A stretch of DNA of 64,000 nt. Source: a virus. Shown here piece after piece: positions 21,201-30,729 of this stretch (the first letter of the stretch is position 1; every line of letters begins with the position of its first letter). A program made the translations under genes and the position numbers. A model generated the notes under the pieces. The model had not been told where the DNA came from. It saw nothing but the letters and a program-made list of their open reading frames with translations, and ran no database searches. The stretch covers positions 70,940-134,939 of the IMG/VR virus record IMGVR_UViG_3300010401_000033. One strand, 5' to 3'.

Positions 21201-24200
21201 CAAGGTTGATCTATCAAGGTTGTGACGGTGTATGGAGGCGTAACCATCGCACCAGTACGCTGATAATTTGAAGAATCTGTGGTGCTCAAATCAAGCAAGA
21301 GGTTCAACAAGGTGAACGGTGGACGCATTTCCTGGTTCTGAGTGTCCATCGCGCAATGATAATCAGGATTGAGCACGTCACCGATCTTGTGTCCAGTGAA
21401 TGGGTCAACCAAGATACCATTCTTGAATCGGTTGGCACCTGTATCATCCACGATTTCCTTGCTCTTCGCGGCTTGCTCAAGCAAGTTCAAAGACGTATAG
21501 TATTCAAGGTTCGTGATACGCTTTTCCAATGTCCCGATATCACGCATCGTGTAGCGACGGTTATCGGTGTAACGTTGACGGATATCCGCGGTGTTAGCCG
21601 TGAACGCTGGCAACTGTAGAGTGTACAGTGTCATGGCGTTGTCTTTGTCTGGCGGTGGAACAGGGTTCAATGAAGAAATGCCCTGCAACACTTCAAAGGT
21701 CTTATCCTTCGTCAAGACCACTTTGTCCTGTCGTGCGAGGAAGTAAGAGAAGTCTGTCTGGAATGCTGTACCTGAAATACCGAAGATTTCTTCCGCGTAG
21801 ACACCAGCAAAATCTCCATCCTGTCGGCGCGGGCGGAAATCAATGCAGTCACGCAACTGGTATACATCCCCGGTGGTTGCAGAGATGTAGGCTGGAATGT
21901 TGGCATAACCAATGTTAGCAGAGGTGTAGGAATCCACTGTGAGGTATCCCAATCCTGAGTGGGAGAGATAGTCCACATAGACGACCACGTTACCCGTTGG
22001 TCCTGAGAACCCTGGCTTGAGGGTGATGGACCCGTGATCGTAAGCATTGTCACGCTGTCCACTGTCAAGAGTATAGTGGGAGGTGATATCCTGAGCGATA
22101 GCCACATTACCATCTTCAATCAAGTTCGTCCCAACGTCATAGACTTTGCGAAGTGCGATAACATCGGATGTAAAGATGGATTGGCTAACGGTTGGGTTCT
22201 TAAGGTTCAACCAGGCAGCCGAGTTCGCATAGAATGTGATCTGAGCACCGTTGGCTCCACCCGCTTGTGAATACCACTGAACTAATCCACTGTTGGCATC
22301 AGGAATTTGGACACCACCGGAATTTAATCCGCTCGCTACGTTTGCGATACGCGCTGTTTTGGTGCGGAGTAACGATCCGATTTGATCGGCGTATGGGAGG
22401 TTCACCTTCACATAGACATCGGCAGCCGAGGCGCTGTTCATTCCAGGAACCGTGATGGTCCAGGTTGAGGTGTTGCTGACACTGGTGATGGAGACGCTGT
22501 TGCCTGCTGGATTGCCAGAAGAGAAGTTGACGACTTGGTTGTTGCCAAGGCTGGCACCCGTAGCATTACGCACAACCACAAGAATGTTGTCTACTGCATC
22601 CGATCCAGACAATGGTGAACCATTGATAACGGAAGTGATGCCCGCGGCACTTGTAATACTAGTGACGTTTTGTGTGAAACTCTGTCCTGTGTAGGCTTTG
22701 CGACCAAAGTATTCACTTGCCGAAAGAGGAATACCACCGACCACACCCTGAGGGGCGGTCCAATCATACGGCAACTGCATGATGGCTCGGTTGAAATTCG
22801 TATCCGTGAGGAAGGCGCCTTGGTATTGATCCACCAAGAAGGCATCCTTGCTGGAATCGGCTACATCCATTGACGTTGAGAATAGGTGTTGAGATGCCGT
22901 GTTCGCATAGACCAACGAATCTGTATCCTTCAATTCAAAGTCAAGACGGATTTGTGTTGCTGGACTTGGAGTACCAAAGGCAAAGGTTTCTGTCCCTTGA
23001 AGGGTGGCTTTGTTATTTGGACCATCGTAACTTCCGATAGTGTGGTGTTCATTGACAGTCACGCCTGCGTGGGTGGTGATGGTGAACTTGACACCCGCAT
23101 AGGCATTGCTGATTGGGGAGAACATGACTGGTAAGTAGATGGTGTTCGCGGTACCTGTTCCGTTGCTGTTGCCTGTCACGCTGTTTCCAACGGTGACACC
23201 CTGGACATAGGCTCTCCACACGGCCGTTTGCATAGAAGAACTATTCGCACCACTCTCATATTCCAATGCTCGGATGCTCATGGTTCCGATGGTGGTGTTG
23301 CTGGCAACCGCAGTGTTTGAGAGGGAGATACTTGCTACGTTGACGCAATGCAACAACCCTGCTTGGAGGGTCTTGAATGGAATTGGACCATTCATATTGG
23401 TCATTTCAATCCAGTTCTGGAAATCAATAGCGGTGTTGTATTGATGAACGTTGGCGGTATCACGCGCACGTTCAGCCTTCAAATAGAGGGGAGCGATTGT
23501 TTCAAATTCATACCCCTGAATGTAGGCTTTCCCGGCTTCCACCACGATGCTATACGCATTGGCGAAGTCTGGGTCAGAGTCAAACGCAATCTTGAATGGG
23601 CGAACGGTGAACGAACCAGATTGGTCATTCATGCGTCGGGCCATGGTGGCTTCAATGTTGGAATAGGTTGGATAGATGATCTTCTTCGTCAGGTTGCCGT
23701 TGACAACACGGAGCAATTCAATAAACTTTGTATCGTCAGTGGATTCAAGAGTACGCTTAGTGAAGGTCAATGAGATTTTGTAGCGAGTCGCCCCAGGTGC
23801 CTGGAAGTTTGTGGCATCCTGAGCAGGGTCAAGTAACGAGGCATCCATTGTTTCGTCTACAATGGAATCCTCTGTCTCAAGACCAACGCGGAACGAAGGG
23901 GTAGTGTCAAACGCATCAAGAATGATCGTTTGCGGTTCAACTTGAACGAAGTAGCCATTAACAAAGAACACCCCGCTATCAATACTGCAAATAGAAGAAT
24001 CGCCTGTGGTGTTCCCGCTTGTGACATCAGTGAAATTGATCGGGGAAGTTACGCTTGGAAGAATGGTTGCGCTGTACGCTCCATCTTCGGTCGCAATAGG
24101 CTGAATGCTTGCTGGGTTGAAAGGAAGTCCAGACGTGTACTTGACCACTAAGACTGTTGGGGCGGTCAAGGTGGATTGAGCACCTGCAATGACGTAGGCG

Positions 24201-24520
24201 CGAATTCCCGCACCATCGCCGTCAACAACAAACTGACCGATGAAATTATCTACGTCAACGGCACTACCATTTGGATCGGTGTCCTCAAGGCAGACATAAT
24301 GCACTTGATTATTTTCAAGTGTGGTCAACCCACCAGTGACGATGGAACCATTCTGAAAAATGTTATTACCGAACTTTGTGATTTGATCCTGGAGGATGGT
24401 CTGACTCTGAGTGAGTTCTCTGGCTTGGACAGCGTAACTCGGGCGATACAGAATCTTGTGGAAGTGTTTTGTTGGATCAAAGTCGTCAAAGTACGGATTT
24501 TGTGTTAGGTCAATAGCCAT
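18287..24520 (-). CDS. large virion structural protein (DUF4815/VrlC-like), 2077 aa
   Basis: N-terminal PYFDDFD..K.F.KILYRP..AVQARELTQ.Q; RYTMRDIG.LEKRI..LEYYTSL; DPLAQTF. Confidence 0.85.
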   Translation of the reverse strand: MAIDLTQNPYFDDFDPTKHFHKILYRPSYAVQARELTQSQTILQDQITKFGNNIFQNGSIVTGGLTTLENNQVHYVCLEDTDPNGSAVDVDNFIGQFVVDGDGAGIRAYVIAGAQSTLTAPTVLVVKYTSGLPFNPASIQPIATEDGAYSATILPSVTSPINFTDVTSGNTTGDSSICSIDSGVFFVNGYFVQVEPQTIILDAFDTTPSFRVGLETEDSIVDETMDASLLDPAQDATNFQAPGATRYKISLTFTKRTLESTDDTKFIELLRVVNGNLTKKIIYPTYSNIEATMARRMNDQSGSFTVRPFKIAFDSDPDFANAYSIVVEAGKAYIQGYEFETIAPLYLKAERARDTANVHQYNTAIDFQNWIEMTNMNGPIPFKTLQAGLLHCVNVASISLSNTAVASNTTIGTMSIRALEYESGANSSSMQTAVWRAYVQGVTVGNSVTGNSNGTGTANTIYLPVMFSPISNAYAGVKFTITTHAGVTVNEHHTIGSYDGPNNKATLQGTETFAFGTPSPATQIRLDFELKDTDSLVYANTASQHLFSTSMDVADSSKDAFLVDQYQGAFLTDTNFNRAIMQLPYDWTAPQGVVGGIPLSASEYFGRKAYTGQSFTQNVTSITSAAGITSVINGSPLSGSDAVDNILVVVRNATGASLGNNQVVNFSSGNPAGNSVSITSVSNTSTWTITVPGMNSASAADVYVKVNLPYADQIGSLLRTKTARIANVASGLNSGGVQIPDANSGLVQWYSQAGGANGAQITFYANSAAWLNLKNPTVSQSIFTSDVIALRKVYDVGTNLIEDGNVAIAQDITSHYTLDSGQRDNAYDHGSITLKPGFSGPTGNVVVYVDYLSHSGLGYLTVDSYTSANIGYANIPAYISATTGDVYQLRDCIDFRPRRQDGDFAGVYAEEIFGISGTAFQTDFSYFLARQDKVVLTKDKTFEVLQGISSLNPVPPPDKDNAMTLYTLQLPAFTANTADIRQRYTDNRRYTMRDIGTLEKRITNLEYYTSLNLLEQAAKSKEIVDDTGANRFKNGILVDPFTGHKIGDVLNPDYHCAMDTQNQEMRPPFTLLNLLLDLSTTDSSNYQRTGAMVTPPYTVTTLIDQPWAALAINVNPFNTISFIGQIKLDPSSDTWVDTNRAPDVHVNLEGDNDGWAALTAAVNQINPGKIFGTQWNSWQTTWTGVQQSSTIINPTYVGHMPGPGHVVQAYGNVVKRTTTETTQKQVRTGIQTAFAPETIQTSIGDKIIDSSVIARMRSRGVLFTGKLFRPNTNLYAFFDDSAVTSYCNRPNIVKVSDNTIVYTDTYQQGETVRVYDPARGANTATGVVVLSRNETDGTNVSIVSVQGGDDSNVANAYFIHSSNATFLVGETSGANSRISGYYHRSGFVTNPNVSSILLSHDIANSNVGISNTTILGQTIYFTSANGLGQSATIDSYDFTTRNVHFTPSVSVTPNTQTSYSIGQFASDYRGEVAGIFIIPSTENISFRTGERQFTLVDSSSGTLEGSGTNGSVKYFASGLLQTVENTIVSTRSPSIQQTSVTDNRTVVTDKVTSAVIGQKNIGYYDPLAQTFLVDQQFHPSGVMLTGVRLLFKDKDANIPVEVQLRPVVNGFPHSSQIVPGTNIAVNPSDITLVDETTLGAAYAAGRNPMDDATMYTEINFVGPVYLQPGAEYCIVLLANSVKYEVYVSNMGSKIIGTNRLISEQPYLGVLFKSQNSTTWNPIQEQDLTMRILYAQFDTTVTANVEFQLSDGNGITSNVALDTFYITSGNLLLPNTDIQSFFATTTAAGVKENAKEFEMGENVYFDDLLGRRVCTSDNASFKLRILLSTTNIDVAPVIDMDRLSVLAVENLVNNLGLSNSLMVVLSSSANWQTAANLTLTISGGGGSGANAYVANTQIDSNNRVLANVVVDSEGSRYTTAPTVTLSGNTSLTANISCAGEDHPFGGPSVARYITRMVTLADGLDAGDFRVYFSAYAPINANIDVYYKILSADDADTFDNKSYQRMTIIQGQNNVSQNQLDFKDFVYAPGSNNIADDRVQYGSFVSFKYFAIKVVLSSTDTTKVPRVRDFRVVALPALS

Positions 24521-24542
24521 GAATTATTCCCACCTTTTGATC

Positions 24543-24550
24543 TATTTATG
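24543..24550 (-). promoter_or_regulatory. late promoter CATAAATA
   Basis: Intergenic, upstream of the 24520 start. Confidence 0.7.
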
Positions 24551-24559
24551 CACGATTTC

Positions 24560-25897
24560 TTAGAAGTTCAAAACAATCTTGATGAATTCGGCTTGACCAA
24601 CGGTCCTAGTGACTGGCGCACGATTTTCTGTGTAGACCAGGTCACCAGATTCTTCATCAAGGTCTGGATTCGTAGAATGCACCACGGTGCGTGAAATGCC
24701 TGATGTATTGCCAATTAGGAGGTCGCCAGGGATGATTGTACCATGACGATGGGAAGTCTCAATGGCATTCGTGAATACATCCGATACATTGGCTGAGAAA
24801 GTCGCGTTCGCCACACTATTTCCCTGATACACCAATTCATCCTTAAGATAGGATGGTCCAGAAGTCAGAACGATTTGGGTGACCATTGTAACCGCGATGT
24901 TGGCATTTGCCGTGGTGACTGCGGTGTTCTCTCCATATTTATGTGGGTTTAACAAGACCCCTAGTTGTCGGAAGTCATTGTTCGCGGTGATCTTCCCATC
25001 CTCAGTAGAATCCACTTCACCAATCTTGACAGAAATCATGACGGCATTAGCACCCAGTTCTCTGGCTGGGTTGAATCCGTGACCGCCATATGGAGAAAGA
25101 ACCGTGCGAATTGTAGCATTTGCCCCGGACCCAACCACCATAACTCGGTTGTTATTTCGGAGATATCCTGATCCACGGTCATTTAAGGTGATCGCAATAA
25201 CATTGCCATTGGCATTGACATTGGCTGTGGCATTTGCCGAAGTTCCTGATCCAGTGATTGAAATAGTGGTGTTGGTATTTGAGTACCCTGCGCCACCGGC
25301 TGTGAGGATCAAACGCGAGATCGTTCCAGATAATAGGTTGTTAGCAAATCCAAAGTAGGCAGAAGTCTGGGTCAAGGGCACAGGCATCCAGGCTGTTGTG
25401 AGGAACTTGCTGCTGCTCGGAACCTTGTACATATACTTCCAGGTGTACCCGTCTCCTGGACTGGTGAAACCATTCGCACTTGTATAATTATTGGCTGGTT
25501 CAATAGTGGAGTACGAGCCATTCGCATTATCCAAGCACTTGTAAACATTGCCCCCTGAGGTGTAGATGTACATGGAATTGGCAGAGGAGAAGAGGGTATT
25601 GCTCTCATCGTCATATTGCGTCCAAACCACATTTGCTTGCCAATTTACGCGAGGGATCACCAAATAGACATCGTTTCCAGTGATCTTCTTTCCCCCAAGG
25701 AAATTGTTGTAGGTATCAAAAATGCTGTTCTCGGTATCGTAAATAGCGGGAACGGTATCGTTCGCATCCCAGGCGATGTTACGGCCGATCATGATGTACC
25801 CTACTGGTGCATCATTGGCGGTCGTGAGAAAGCCATTGAAGAAATTCAATGCGCGTTCAAATCCAAGGCGGCGCGAGACGTTAGCAAAATTCGGCAT
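24560..25897 (-). CDS. gp8: baseplate wedge subunit gp8
   Basis: VIPRVNW, VYKCLDN, DGYTWKYMY, NDFRQLG, C-terminal ENRAP..R...Q.E.IKIVL.F. Confidence 0.88.
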   Translation of the reverse strand: MPNFANVSRRLGFERALNFFNGFLTTANDAPVGYIMIGRNIAWDANDTVPAIYDTENSIFDTYNNFLGGKKITGNDVYLVIPRVNWQANVVWTQYDDESNTLFSSANSMYIYTSGGNVYKCLDNANGSYSTIEPANNYTSANGFTSPGDGYTWKYMYKVPSSSKFLTTAWMPVPLTQTSAYFGFANNLLSGTISRLILTAGGAGYSNTNTTISITGSGTSANATANVNANGNVIAITLNDRGSGYLRNNNRVMVVGSGANATIRTVLSPYGGHGFNPARELGANAVMISVKIGEVDSTEDGKITANNDFRQLGVLLNPHKYGENTAVTTANANIAVTMVTQIVLTSGPSYLKDELVYQGNSVANATFSANVSDVFTNAIETSHRHGTIIPGDLLIGNTSGISRTVVHSTNPDLDEESGDLVYTENRAPVTRTVGQAEFIKIVLNF

Positions 25898-25923
25898 AAA
25901 GTTCCTCAGTTACACAAGTGTTC

Positions 25924-25931
25924 TATTTATA
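25924..25931 (-). promoter_or_regulatory. late promoter TATAAATA
   Basis: Exact T4 consensus, overlapping the gp7 stop, upstream of gp8. Confidence 0.7.
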
Positions 25932-28275
25932 CGCTCGCCTGGTAGGTGTTGGCGACATTGGCTGTGAGCCCACTGGACCCTGGAATATCTGATTCCACCA
26001 CATATTCTCCCCATAACTGTACTCCCGCTGGATGCACAAGGTCTTTCAAGATACTCTTATACTTAACCAATTCTGTTTGGGAACGAACCACATAGGAGAA
26101 ATTTGTATAGTATCCCTGGCTCTGGAGTTTCTGGTCGGCGCTCAAGAATCCCTTGGTGCTCTGGAATCGCCCCGGCGCATTAAAAATGTTGCTCAACATG
26201 ACAGCAATCGCATTGGCTTTTCCGTTACCACTACCAGTCAAGTCAATCACTGGAGGCGTTTGGTACCCGTATCCATGATTCGTGATTCTGATACTCTTGA
26301 TCTTTCCCACTGGCTCCTCAGTCTGTGAAGCGAGTAAGAATTCTGCACCTCCTGAGAGTACCAATTCCACCACAATGTTTGCACCCGTGGCCGTTGGACT
26401 ACCGGAACTGACTGTCACGGTGGGAAGAGAATTCTGACGATAGTTCATACCACCAACAAAGTACATCCCATAGCGTCCCAATTTCCTGCTTGTGGAATCC
26501 CTGGTGAAGGCAGTGTTCACGATCAAATGATTGTTATTGGTGATGCTAGTGACATACGTGGACTCGCTGTTGACTTCAATGTGATCGTTCGCCAGCAATT
26601 CTGTGGTGAAGGATGTACCCACTCCGATGATCTCAACATTGGAGACACCGGTGTTGATCGTCACATTTCCACTGATACGCGCTGGGCGCCAGTTCACGCT
26701 CTTGATGCCTGAGTTGGCAAGATGGACACTCGTAACTTCTCCCGCTGCTCCAATACCAAATCCTACACCAGGGATGTTCTCAAACTGGAGTTCATCACCA
26801 ACTTGATAATTACTTCCCCCAAACTGCACATTCATGCGACCCATGATCCCGAAGTAATCCAGAGGGACGTTGGCTGTAGCCACGTTACCATTCGCGGTAT
26901 TCCCTGTCACGACAATGATCGGTGGATCAACATGGAGCGTTGGCGGGGGATTAAAGACCGCGGTGCTTGATGTAATCACTAAGGTTGAAATCGGACCGAC
27001 GCGCTCAATAGGTTCTCGCCCTAAGAGAAAATCAGTGAACGCGATTGACATGAGCGTATTGACATTCTCTGAGACCCCTGGGGTAAAGTAGAAGTCGGGG
27101 TCCGACATTGCCACGTTTCCCCACAACGAGATTACGTCTTGGTTGATCGGATAATTATTCGGGTGGATGGCTTCGGACGTATCAACGCTCAGGACGAATA
27201 CGTTAAGACCTGTATTTGGTGTTGAAGTAATGTACGCTCGCTGACCTGGCTGATACCCCACTCCACCATCCAGCACCGTAATGTTAGAAATCAATGCAGA
27301 GAAAATAGAATCCACAACTGCGGTGGCAGTATTCGCTGGTGAGCCCCCAGTGATAATCACCGGATCACCCACGTTGTAACCGAGTCCACCATCAATCAAT
27401 GTAATAGAAGAAAGATAGGAAACGAGACGCCCGTAGATATCAACATACGCACCGCTGTCTATATCATACACCCAACGACCCTTCACCACTTCATATTGTG
27501 TGAAGGTTCCGCGAGGAGAAGAAACACGTAAATCCACTTGGGTGATCGTATCCGCAATGATGGACTGTAATGTTTCTGAGACGGCTGATGCACCGGAAGT
27601 CTGCCCAACGAATCGTGCGACAATCGTATTGGTGTCAAATACACCCGAAAGTTCACTCCCCACATAATTGACCTTGACTTCCACTCCCGCCCCAGGTGCA
27701 GTATCAAAGATTATCCACGGTTCATTGGGGGAATGACGATAGCCAGAGGATTGCAATACACCATCCAGGTACACCACTGGGGTGACCACTAGGGCAGTCT
27801 CTAAGGCACGAAATCGTGTCGTGGTGGCATCCCCGAATGCAATCGTCCACATGGTTGGGTCAAGACGAAGTGAAGGAGTTTTTGCCCATTCGCTTGTCGA
27901 GGCTCGAAGGACGGCATCCTTGGGATAGAATACATCAATATCCTGGTCATAGAGCAATCGGAAGAAGAGACGTACTGCCTTTGCTGTACCCTTCGTGCGA
28001 TAGAATTCTTTCGCGTGTTGAATAAAGAACGCAGGGTTCGTTAAACGATCCGGTGGAAACAAGGGGAGAAATTGCTTCGTGAAGAATTGGATAAATTCAT
28101 TCAACGAAGTATCCAGGTCCATATAGGACGGAATGTTTTTGCTCAGATCAATAGCGTTCCCTGTCTGGTCCATCCAAGCGTAGTACGCCTCAACGAACGT
28201 GACAAAGGTATCAAAATCTGAACGAATGAATTCTGGTAGTTGCTGCCGTACCAGTAATGAAACGGTGTTTGCCAT
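25927..28275 (-). CDS. gp7: baseplate wedge initiator, gp7-like
   Basis: QLPEFIR..F.TFV.F..AYY, KEFYRTKGT...LFFRLLY, C-terminal YY..FSYVVRS...LVHPAG. Confidence 0.8.
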   Translation of the reverse strand: MANTVSLLVRQQLPEFIRSDFDTFVTFVEAYYAWMDQTGNAIDLSKNIPSYMDLDTSLNEFIQFFTKQFLPLFPPDRLTNPAFFIQHAKEFYRTKGTAKAVRLFFRLLYDQDIDVFYPKDAVLRASTSEWAKTPSLRLDPTMWTIAFGDATTTRFRALETALVVTPVVYLDGVLQSSGYRHSPNEPWIIFDTAPGAGVEVKVNYVGSELSGVFDTNTIVARFVGQTSGASAVSETLQSIIADTITQVDLRVSSPRGTFTQYEVVKGRWVYDIDSGAYVDIYGRLVSYLSSITLIDGGLGYNVGDPVIITGGSPANTATAVVDSIFSALISNITVLDGGVGYQPGQRAYITSTPNTGLNVFVLSVDTSEAIHPNNYPINQDVISLWGNVAMSDPDFYFTPGVSENVNTLMSIAFTDFLLGREPIERVGPISTLVITSSTAVFNPPPTLHVDPPIIVVTGNTANGNVATANVPLDYFGIMGRMNVQFGGSNYQVGDELQFENIPGVGFGIGAAGEVTSVHLANSGIKSVNWRPARISGNVTINTGVSNVEIIGVGTSFTTELLANDHIEVNSESTYVTSITNNNHLIVNTAFTRDSTSRKLGRYGMYFVGGMNYRQNSLPTVTVSSGSPTATGANIVVELVLSGGAEFLLASQTEEPVGKIKSIRITNHGYGYQTPPVIDLTGSGNGKANAIAVMLSNIFNAPGRFQSTKGFLSADQKLQSQGYYTNFSYVVRSQTELVKYKSILKDLVHPAGVQLWGEYVVESDIPGSSGLTANVANTYQASV

Positions 28276-28277
28276 AG

Positions 28278-30317
28278 TTACCTAATCACAACAGAGATGT
28301 TGATGGCGCTGGCGTCATCTTCGTCAAGGAAGAGGAGTTGGTTCTGCTGAGTCTCAATGATTGAGGCTTCCGGTTCGACACTGATTCTGATATCATCTGT
28401 GTCCGTAAGCGATTGCACAACTGTCAGATCGGAAATAATGAGTTCACCTTTGAAGTAGTCAATGGTTCCGATGGTGGGGTTGATATCAACCTTCTCAGAA
28501 TTGCTGTTGTAATAGAACAAACGTAGGGTGCCATACTTGGACTGGACCACAGCGGATGCTGCACCAGCCTGGCCTCCACCTCCTGAAATCGTGACCAACG
28601 CAGAGGTATATCCCGTTCCACGCTTTGTGATTGTGATGGTATCAATACGACCATTGACGATTGTGGCAACCGCTGTCGCTCCGGTTCCATCACCGGTGAC
28701 GGTCACGGTTGGAGGATCAATATAATTGTACCCAGGGTTCGTGATGGAAATAGAATCCACCCCGGTTGAGGAGTTGAATACTTCTTCCAGGTATGCCGTG
28801 CGTAACACATTTGAGGAGTCGTGCACCGTGAACGCAGAGGACTTGAGCGCACGTTGAATTGGTGCATGGCGTAATTCAGTGGCAAAACTGACCGTGTACG
28901 TTGAACGCACATTGAATGAAGGACTGATACGTTTCTCCAAACGAATTTGTGTGTCTGATCCCACGATGGCTGCAAGCGAATCATCAACAGCACGACTGAA
29001 TTTGGATGCGGTGAAGATCGCACCAAACTGATTGAAGGTCGCCGCGGCATACGCAACAATGGCAGTTCTCACGGTTGAGGCAATCTGTGGAGAAGTCAAG
29101 AGTGTGAGTTTTCCGTCCACCTCAACTGTAGTCGCAAACTTGAGGTACACATAATCTGGATCAACCAACTCTGGTGTAATAGTGAGTACGGCAATTGGAC
29201 CGAGAATCTCTGAGGCAATTCTAACCTTCTCGGCATCATTGATAATCACACCCAACTTTGGAGCAATGGACACAAAAACTTTTCCAAACACTGGTGGAAT
29301 GTTATCTTCGCCACCCCACACAAAGATACTCTGGATGTTTGGATAGAGTGCCTTGAGAAGGGATTCGTAGTCTTTCTGCGTTACGGCGCGATTCTGAGAT
29401 GTATACGCTAATGGCGCATGAACTCGGATAGAATCATCAGACTCACGTTCCGCTCCACCCGAGGCGGAGGAGACTGAGGCGATAGCGACATTTGAGAAGC
29501 CCCCAATTGATCCAGTGGCAAAAGAATTGGCTTTGTTGGCATCAGGACCCGCGGTCGACAAGTAACTGGCAATCACAATGTTACCATTTGAGAGTGCGAG
29601 GGAGATGGCATCATCACCAAAAGTCAATTGATATTTGTTGCTAGTGGAGGTGCTCAGGTAGTAGACGGCGCTGTTAGAATCGGACTCTGTGATATCATTA
29701 GAGAGAGTGAACACCTGTGAGGAGGTATTTGTACTGGATTCTTGTACTGTCACAAGAAGTGTACTAGTGTCAATATCATCATTTGGCAACTCAAACTTAG
29801 ATGTTGGATTGCTGGTCGCATCATAGGTGAAGGTGGTGACTTGAGGAGTGCCCGCCACAATTTCCAAGGATGAGAATGTGAATACACCCGCCTCCTTATA
29901 CACAGTATGCGCCCCAGTGGTAACGAAAGTGTAGTTCACACCATCAATGGCTTGGGATTGAAATTCTGTGAAACGATCCATTGTCAGGACGGCTTGGTTG
30001 TTTCCCCCAGGAGGTGTGACCACGAGGTCCACAATGGCAACTGGTGCACGACGGCTGACAGGCGTATAGTTCAAGGCTTTCGCATGGGAGAGCAGTGAGT
30101 TACGCACCTGTGCAGAGTCAATGAACAACTCGTTGGCAACCATGTTGGTGTAGTACGCATTGTAATACGTGTTGTAGGCGAGCAAGTTGATGAGGATTGA
30201 CAATGCAGAACCCTCAAAGTTATAATCCAGGAATGTGCTTTGAGAACTCAAGAAGGTTTTGAGGTTCGTCTTGATCGTCTCAAATTCTAAGTCGGTGATA
30301 ATTAGTTTCTCAGCCAT
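28278..30317 (-). CDS. gp6: baseplate wedge subunit gp6
   Basis: LEFE.IK.NLK.FL, DYNFEGSALS, QNRAVT..DY, WGGEDN.PP.FGKV. Confidence 0.93.
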   Translation of the reverse strand: MAEKLIITDLEFETIKTNLKTFLSSQSTFLDYNFEGSALSILINLLAYNTYYNAYYTNMVANELFIDSAQVRNSLLSHAKALNYTPVSRRAPVAIVDLVVTPPGGNNQAVLTMDRFTEFQSQAIDGVNYTFVTTGAHTVYKEAGVFTFSSLEIVAGTPQVTTFTYDATSNPTSKFELPNDDIDTSTLLVTVQESSTNTSSQVFTLSNDITESDSNSAVYYLSTSTSNKYQLTFGDDAISLALSNGNIVIASYLSTAGPDANKANSFATGSIGGFSNVAIASVSSASGGAERESDDSIRVHAPLAYTSQNRAVTQKDYESLLKALYPNIQSIFVWGGEDNIPPVFGKVFVSIAPKLGVIINDAEKVRIASEILGPIAVLTITPELVDPDYVYLKFATTVEVDGKLTLLTSPQIASTVRTAIVAYAAATFNQFGAIFTASKFSRAVDDSLAAIVGSDTQIRLEKRISPSFNVRSTYTVSFATELRHAPIQRALKSSAFTVHDSSNVLRTAYLEEVFNSSTGVDSISITNPGYNYIDPPTVTVTGDGTGATAVATIVNGRIDTITITKRGTGYTSALVTISGGGGQAGAASAVVQSKYGTLRLFYYNSNSEKVDINPTIGTIDYFKGELIISDLTVVQSLTDTDDIRISVEPEASIIETQQNQLLFLDEDDASAINISVVIR

Positions 30318-30318
30318 G

Positions 30319-30708
30319 TTAGCGCACCCTTTCGAGGATAAAGTCTACTTGCAATGGATTAGCAGAAGAGTTGATGAACACTCTCAACTTAATGTTGTAG
30401 AGGTTATGATCTTCGTCCGGTGTCACGATCAATGACTGAATGGTGCATCGTGGTTCAAAGTTCTCAATCGTCTCTTGGATGAAACGTGATAAGTCACGAG
30501 CGGTAAACTCCGTGACATTCTCAAACAATAACTTACGGATGTTACACCCAATTTCAGGATGAAACGGCACCTCATAGTGGTTCGTCTGGAGCAAATTTTT
30601 GATCGCACCAACCACCGAATCGGCGTTTTGCTTCAACACCAAATCCTTACGGATCGGGTGAATGGTGAAATCTAATGGGAAATCTTGGTAAACAATTGCA
30701 GTAGCCAT
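30319..30708 (-). CDS. gp25: baseplate wedge subunit gp25
   Basis: AIKNLLQT...E.PFHPEIG, I...IENFEPR. Confidence 0.9.
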   Translation of the reverse strand: MATAIVYQDFPLDFTIHPIRKDLVLKQNADSVVGAIKNLLQTNHYEVPFHPEIGCNIRKLLFENVTEFTARDLSRFIQETIENFEPRCTIQSLIVTPDEDHNLYNIKLRVFINSSANPLQVDFILERVR

Positions 30709-30716
30709 AGTTCCTG

Positions 30717-30724
30717 TATTTATG
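30717..30724 (-). promoter_or_regulatory. late promoter CATAAATA
   Basis: Immediately upstream of gp25. Confidence 0.7.
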
Positions 30725-30729
30725 CGCTC

